The notes under the pieces were generated by a model, which worked only from the letters and a program-made list of their open reading frames with translations, had not been told where the DNA came from and made no database searches. The position numbers and the translations under genes were made by a program. A stretch of DNA of 53,428 bases. Source: Myxococcota bacterium (GTDB lineage: Bacteria; Myxococcota; SpSt-1050). The stretch spans positions 1 to 53,428 of the forward strand of contig JBMFOP010000006.1 of the NCBI GenBank assembly GCA_049969675.1, in the 5' to 3' direction. This document shows positions 49,432 through 53,428 of this stretch, in pieces (the stretch's first letter is position 1; each line of letters opens with the position of its first letter).

Positions 49432-51126
49432 ATGAATAATAAAATATTGTCTATTATCTTTTTTTTATTCCCGATATTGTCTCTTTTTATTCTGTTTAGA
49501 TGCGGTGCAGATATGGGTATGACTTATTTAGAAGATGGAGGGTTCGGGTTGTCAGACTATGGAAGTTCATATAGAGATGCTCAATCCCAGTATGACACAG
49601 GATATACCTATGACTATGGTAATATATCAAAAGATACTGGCTATGTAGAACCGGAAAAGCCAAATCCATATGCGGCAGTTCCACCAATTACATCCCAGAA
49701 ATATCTATACATCCTTAATCCCTCCAACAACTCAATTGCTGTTATTGAGCCAGAGACACTAAAGGTGTTCTCTATAAAGATAGACTTTTCTCCAAAAAAT
49801 CTTCTTGTCATCCCAAATACTGATTATGCTATAGTCCTTGCTGAGAATGCCTCCAGACTGGCTATGCTCTCAATTGAGGGAGAGACTGCCAGGACAATAT
49901 CCTTTTCACTTGGTCAGGCATACAATGATATCTCGGTCTCTCCTGATGGAAAATATATAATTGCATTCTTCAATGAACAATTGAGGAAGAATAATGAGGT
50001 ATATCCCGGCGAAGGTAGAATCAATCTCATAAATGCAAGTGATATCTCTCTTTTGATAAATGACCCCAATAAAAAGATATATAAAGAGATTGGTGTGGGA
50101 AGACGAATAACAAACATCTTTTATTCAACAGAACAAAATACTGCCTACATAGTGTGTAAAGAACGGATCTATATCCTGAGATTTGATGACCCATTCAATG
50201 AGAGAGGTGAAAAGGAATTTATTGATATAGACCCTGATTTTACATCCAATGTGAATACTCGTTTTGCCTACTATGTACCCAATACCAATTATATAATACT
50301 GAAGTATATAACAGGGAATTCTATATTCATAGCCTCTACTGATGGTAATCTTACAAAGAAGATTGACTTTGAGGGTGCAATTACTGATTTGAAATTTACA
50401 AAGGATATGACAAAAATAATAATTTCATTCAGAGATATTGGAAAAATTAAGATTATACCTGTGCCAGATGGAATTATAGATATATCGCAAATAAAGGAGA
50501 TTGACCTCGGTAATTTTATGGCTGGGTCTGTTGAACTCTGTGAAAATGAAACTTACAAAAAGGCAATTTTATATACCAATGTATATTACAGGGAGGAGAT
50601 TGCCATCCTTAATCTGGAAGACTATACATACGAAAAGATAGACCACAAAAACGGTCTGAACAAGGCTATTAACTATATTGTATGTGCACCGGATGGGAAT
50701 ACAGCAATTATAATACACAAAAAGGGGAATGACCCTGATGAAGATGACCCGGTTGAAATAAATAATAATAATCAGGAGGGTTTTTCAGTATTTGGATTAA
50801 AGAGGGAGATTCTCAATACAGAATTGCTTTCTACAACACAGCCAAAATCGGTCTCATTTCTGTACGATTCAAATTATGCAATGATTACTGCAACCAATGC
50901 AACTATCAATGATTATAAGGCATATATGGTAGACCTATCCAAGCCAATAATTAAAGATGACAAGATACAGTTTTTCTCAGATATTATATATACAGGGTCA
51001 ATACCACAGAAAGATATTTTTTATGTTCTCCAAAAACATCCTGTAGGCAGGATATCTTTTATTTTTATGCCTTCAATGACGATGAAGACAATCACCGGTT
51101 TTGAACTAAACAGTCTGGTCCAATAG
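49432..51126 (+). CDS. Exported beta-propeller (YncE/YVTN-like) protein, probable lipoprotein
   Basis: Hydrophobic leader + Cys (atypical lipobox LFRC); YLYILNP..NSIAVI, VSPDGKY, APDG. Confidence 0.7.
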   Translation: MNNKILSIIFFLFPILSLFILFRCGADMGMTYLEDGGFGLSDYGSSYRDAQSQYDTGYTYDYGNISKDTGYVEPEKPNPYAAVPPITSQKYLYILNPSNNSIAVIEPETLKVFSIKIDFSPKNLLVIPNTDYAIVLAENASRLAMLSIEGETARTISFSLGQAYNDISVSPDGKYIIAFFNEQLRKNNEVYPGEGRINLINASDISLLINDPNKKIYKEIGVGRRITNIFYSTEQNTAYIVCKERIYILRFDDPFNERGEKEFIDIDPDFTSNVNTRFAYYVPNTNYIILKYITGNSIFIASTDGNLTKKIDFEGAITDLKFTKDMTKIIISFRDIGKIKIIPVPDGIIDISQIKEIDLGNFMAGSVELCENETYKKAILYTNVYYREEIAILNLEDYTYEKIDHKNGLNKAINYIVCAPDGNTAIIIHKKGNDPDEDDPVEINNNNQEGFSVFGLKREILNTELLSTTQPKSVSFLYDSNYAMITATNATINDYKAYMVDLSKPIIKDDKIQFFSDIIYTGSIPQKDIFYVLQKHPVGRISFIFMPSMTMKTITGFELNSLVQ

Positions 51127-51136
51127 GAGGGAGAGT

Positions 51137-52651
51137 ATGAAAATTAAATCAGCCGTATTATTTTTAGCATTACTTGTCTATTCCTGTGGAGGGATGGATC
51201 CAAAACTAAAAAATACGGACTTTGAACTTCAGGGTCCATATATAACCGACAGGGCTATATACTATATTAATCCAGCCCTTAATTCAATTATCAAAATTGA
51301 TTCAGAAAAAAGGAATATAATAAAATATAATCTCAAAAACAAGATATATTCTATCATTGATAAACTCCTCCCTGAACTCTATTTTACCTCTGTGGACCAG
51401 AATTCTGGATTGATGAATCTGATACATTTTGATGAATCAAAGTCGGAGGAGGAGATAATCAAACTCGGCTCCCCATTTACCTCCTTTGACATAAGTCCGG
51501 ACAATAAATATCTGATAATGAGGCATACAGCAAATAGTTCATCAATTGGTGGTGGCAAAGTCACTATATTTTTCAAAAATGAGATGGGCATCTATGATAT
51601 AGAAAACAGAAGACTGACAAAGACCACACTCAACTTTTCAATAATGGATCGCAAAATAATCTTCTCCGAACCCGGGTCGCATCTTCTGACCATTTTATGT
51701 AAAGAAGGTGTGATTCTGATGGATTATACAAAGCCTTCAATAGTTAAATATATCTATCTGGACATAAATAAAAAGTCTCCAGAAATTGAATATGGGGTAT
51801 TCAGCAAGAATAGCAAATATCTATTTTTTAAGGCTAAGGACAGAGATGACATCTATTCAATCTCCATAACCAGTAACGATGACGACCTCTCTATTAAGGT
51901 AAATGTCCCATCCAGCCCCTATAAAGGGTTGCAATACATTGCCCCCATTACTATTGATGAAAATGAAGATACACTGGTAGCCCAATTTAACTCCCCTTCT
52001 CCAAGATTGGTCATTATAAGTGCAGAATCAGATACAGCATATAAAAATCAGATAGTGCTTGATTCAGGTTCACATATACTTGATACATTCAACTTTGGAA
52101 ATAGTATCTATGCATTGATAGTCAATTACTGGCTAAAATATGTAAGAATTGTCTCTTTATATCCAACAGCAGAAAACCAGAAAGAAGAGATACAGATATT
52201 TGCAAACGATTACAAAGTTATTGGATATACTGCCTCAAGAGATATTCTACTCCTTTTATATTCTGACGGAGGTACATCTATAAAATTCATAAGACCAATG
52301 ATAACAGATAAGGCTATAAAAATGAATACAAAGGAATTCTCTTTCAATGCAATCAGACAGGATATGATGGGTTATTCCAGAAATTATAATACATTTTTCT
52401 TTATATCTGGTTATTATGACGAAAGATCCTCTGCATATAAATACCTGTTTAACTATATCAATCTGAATAATGATTTTACTGACAATTCGGAAATAGATTA
52501 TTTGCCATCCAGAATTATAGACATAAATGAGCAGACATTTTTACTCACAGATAACGAAACAGATGATTTCATTACACTTATAAATTTAACTAAAATTCCA
52601 AAGGCAGTATCATTTGTTGGACTTAAATACGATGATATCCTTCAATTTTAG
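51137..52651 (+). CDS. Beta-propeller lipoprotein, probable paralogue of the upstream gene
   Basis: Lipobox VYSC; YYINP..NSIIKID, ISPDNKY, FSKNSKY; C-terminus similar to the previous gene (SF.GL vs TITGF). Confidence 0.7.
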   Translation: MKIKSAVLFLALLVYSCGGMDPKLKNTDFELQGPYITDRAIYYINPALNSIIKIDSEKRNIIKYNLKNKIYSIIDKLLPELYFTSVDQNSGLMNLIHFDESKSEEEIIKLGSPFTSFDISPDNKYLIMRHTANSSSIGGGKVTIFFKNEMGIYDIENRRLTKTTLNFSIMDRKIIFSEPGSHLLTILCKEGVILMDYTKPSIVKYIYLDINKKSPEIEYGVFSKNSKYLFFKAKDRDDIYSISITSNDDDLSIKVNVPSSPYKGLQYIAPITIDENEDTLVAQFNSPSPRLVIISAESDTAYKNQIVLDSGSHILDTFNFGNSIYALIVNYWLKYVRIVSLYPTAENQKEEIQIFANDYKVIGYTASRDILLLLYSDGGTSIKFIRPMITDKAIKMNTKEFSFNAIRQDMMGYSRNYNTFFFISGYYDERSSAYKYLFNYINLNNDFTDNSEIDYLPSRIIDINEQTFLLTDNETDDFITLINLTKIPKAVSFVGLKYDDILQF

Positions 52652-52666
52652 GCCAGGGAGGTAATT

Positions 52667-53338
52667 ATGAGATTATCAATAATTATTTTAGCGATGTCAT
52701 TTTCATTTTCCATCTATGCCTCTACAGAGTTAATGGTAGGATTAAATTCGGAGGTTATCAACGATAAGTCTTTTGATATCTTCTCTGAAAATGATTGGGT
52801 CTTTGGTCCACAATTAAAGATAAGTCAGAGCATTATTGCACAAATGCCACTTTACTTGCAGATACATATGAATTACAATTCTTCCTCAAATAAGATTTTT
52901 AATGACATCAAGACCGAATTTTCGGAGATTATCTTATCAACCGGGATATCTTATGAATTTAATATATTGCGAGACCTTTTATATCTATATTGTGGTGCAA
53001 ATTTTATATACGGGACAACAGATATAAAATTAAAAGAGGACTTTATATCATATAGTGATTCATCCAGTACATATGGGGGTTCACTGTTCAGCGGAACAAA
53101 AATTACAATACCAGTATCTATATTCAGAGATGAACAATGGCAGAAACAGCACTGGCACCAACTTGTCACAATGGGAATTGATATACAACTCGGCTATAGA
53201 TTTTTGACACCACTTAAATATGAAAAGCTGCATCCATCATCCAATAGACCTGTGAATACTGAGATGTTTGATATATCCGCAGGAGAGGTGCAAATAAGCG
53301 GGCCTTATGTGCTTACCTCTTTCGCCCTCTTATTCTGA
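52667..53338 (+). CDS. Small outer-membrane beta-barrel protein
   Basis: Signal peptide, alternating amphipathic strands, C-terminal Phe. Confidence 0.65.
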   Translation: MRLSIIILAMSFSFSIYASTELMVGLNSEVINDKSFDIFSENDWVFGPQLKISQSIIAQMPLYLQIHMNYNSSSNKIFNDIKTEFSEIILSTGISYEFNILRDLLYLYCGANFIYGTTDIKLKEDFISYSDSSSTYGGSLFSGTKITIPVSIFRDEQWQKQHWHQLVTMGIDIQLGYRFLTPLKYEKLHPSSNRPVNTEMFDISAGEVQISGPYVLTSFALLF

Positions 53339-53354
53339 AATTGATGAGAAGCAG

Positions 53355-53428
53355 TTAGATTAGGAATCTCTCCAAATTTTCTTTAAATAGTTTAATCAAT
53401 TTGCAGGTATAATCTCCAGCCTTACCAT
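53355..53428 (-). CDS. 3' end of a probable class IV aminotransferase (partial)
   Basis: GKAGDYTCKLIKLFKENLERFLI* resembles the GdGkpG..T..L...F tail; only 23 aa visible. Confidence 0.35.
   Translation of the reverse strand, partial: GKAGDYTCKLIKLFKENLERFLI

Overview
AT-rich bacterial chromosomal window, about 35% GC by eye (not computed). Its gene content looks like Myxococcota/Deltaproteobacteria: Cys-rich and Asp-linker surface proteins, a GCSC C-terminal motif, and a secondary lidless DnaK next to a J-TPR protein. It has about 40 intact CDSs. These include a long minus-strand cell-envelope run (mreBCD-mrdA-rodA-amgK-murU, FecR-like protein, lipoprotein, TPR/beta-barrel, GT2), EF-G2, FadH, MscS, lnt, prfB with its programmed +1 frameshift, and a two-thiolase-fold/two-DUF35 module resembling Ltp3/Ltp4. 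Also present are an NTT-HEAT transporter with a separate cNMP-binding gene, a WbaP-like transferase, rpmB, an Slt70-like transglycosylase, tpx-SOD and several exported beta-propeller proteins. The long intergenic gaps hold a decayed IS481-family transposase, two diverged copies plus one isolated end of an IR-bounded ~0.55 kb element, an internally deleted nitroreductase and a truncated nonsense pseudogene. I saw no tRNA, rRNA or CRISPR array. All family calls come from motif recognition by eye, with no database search.
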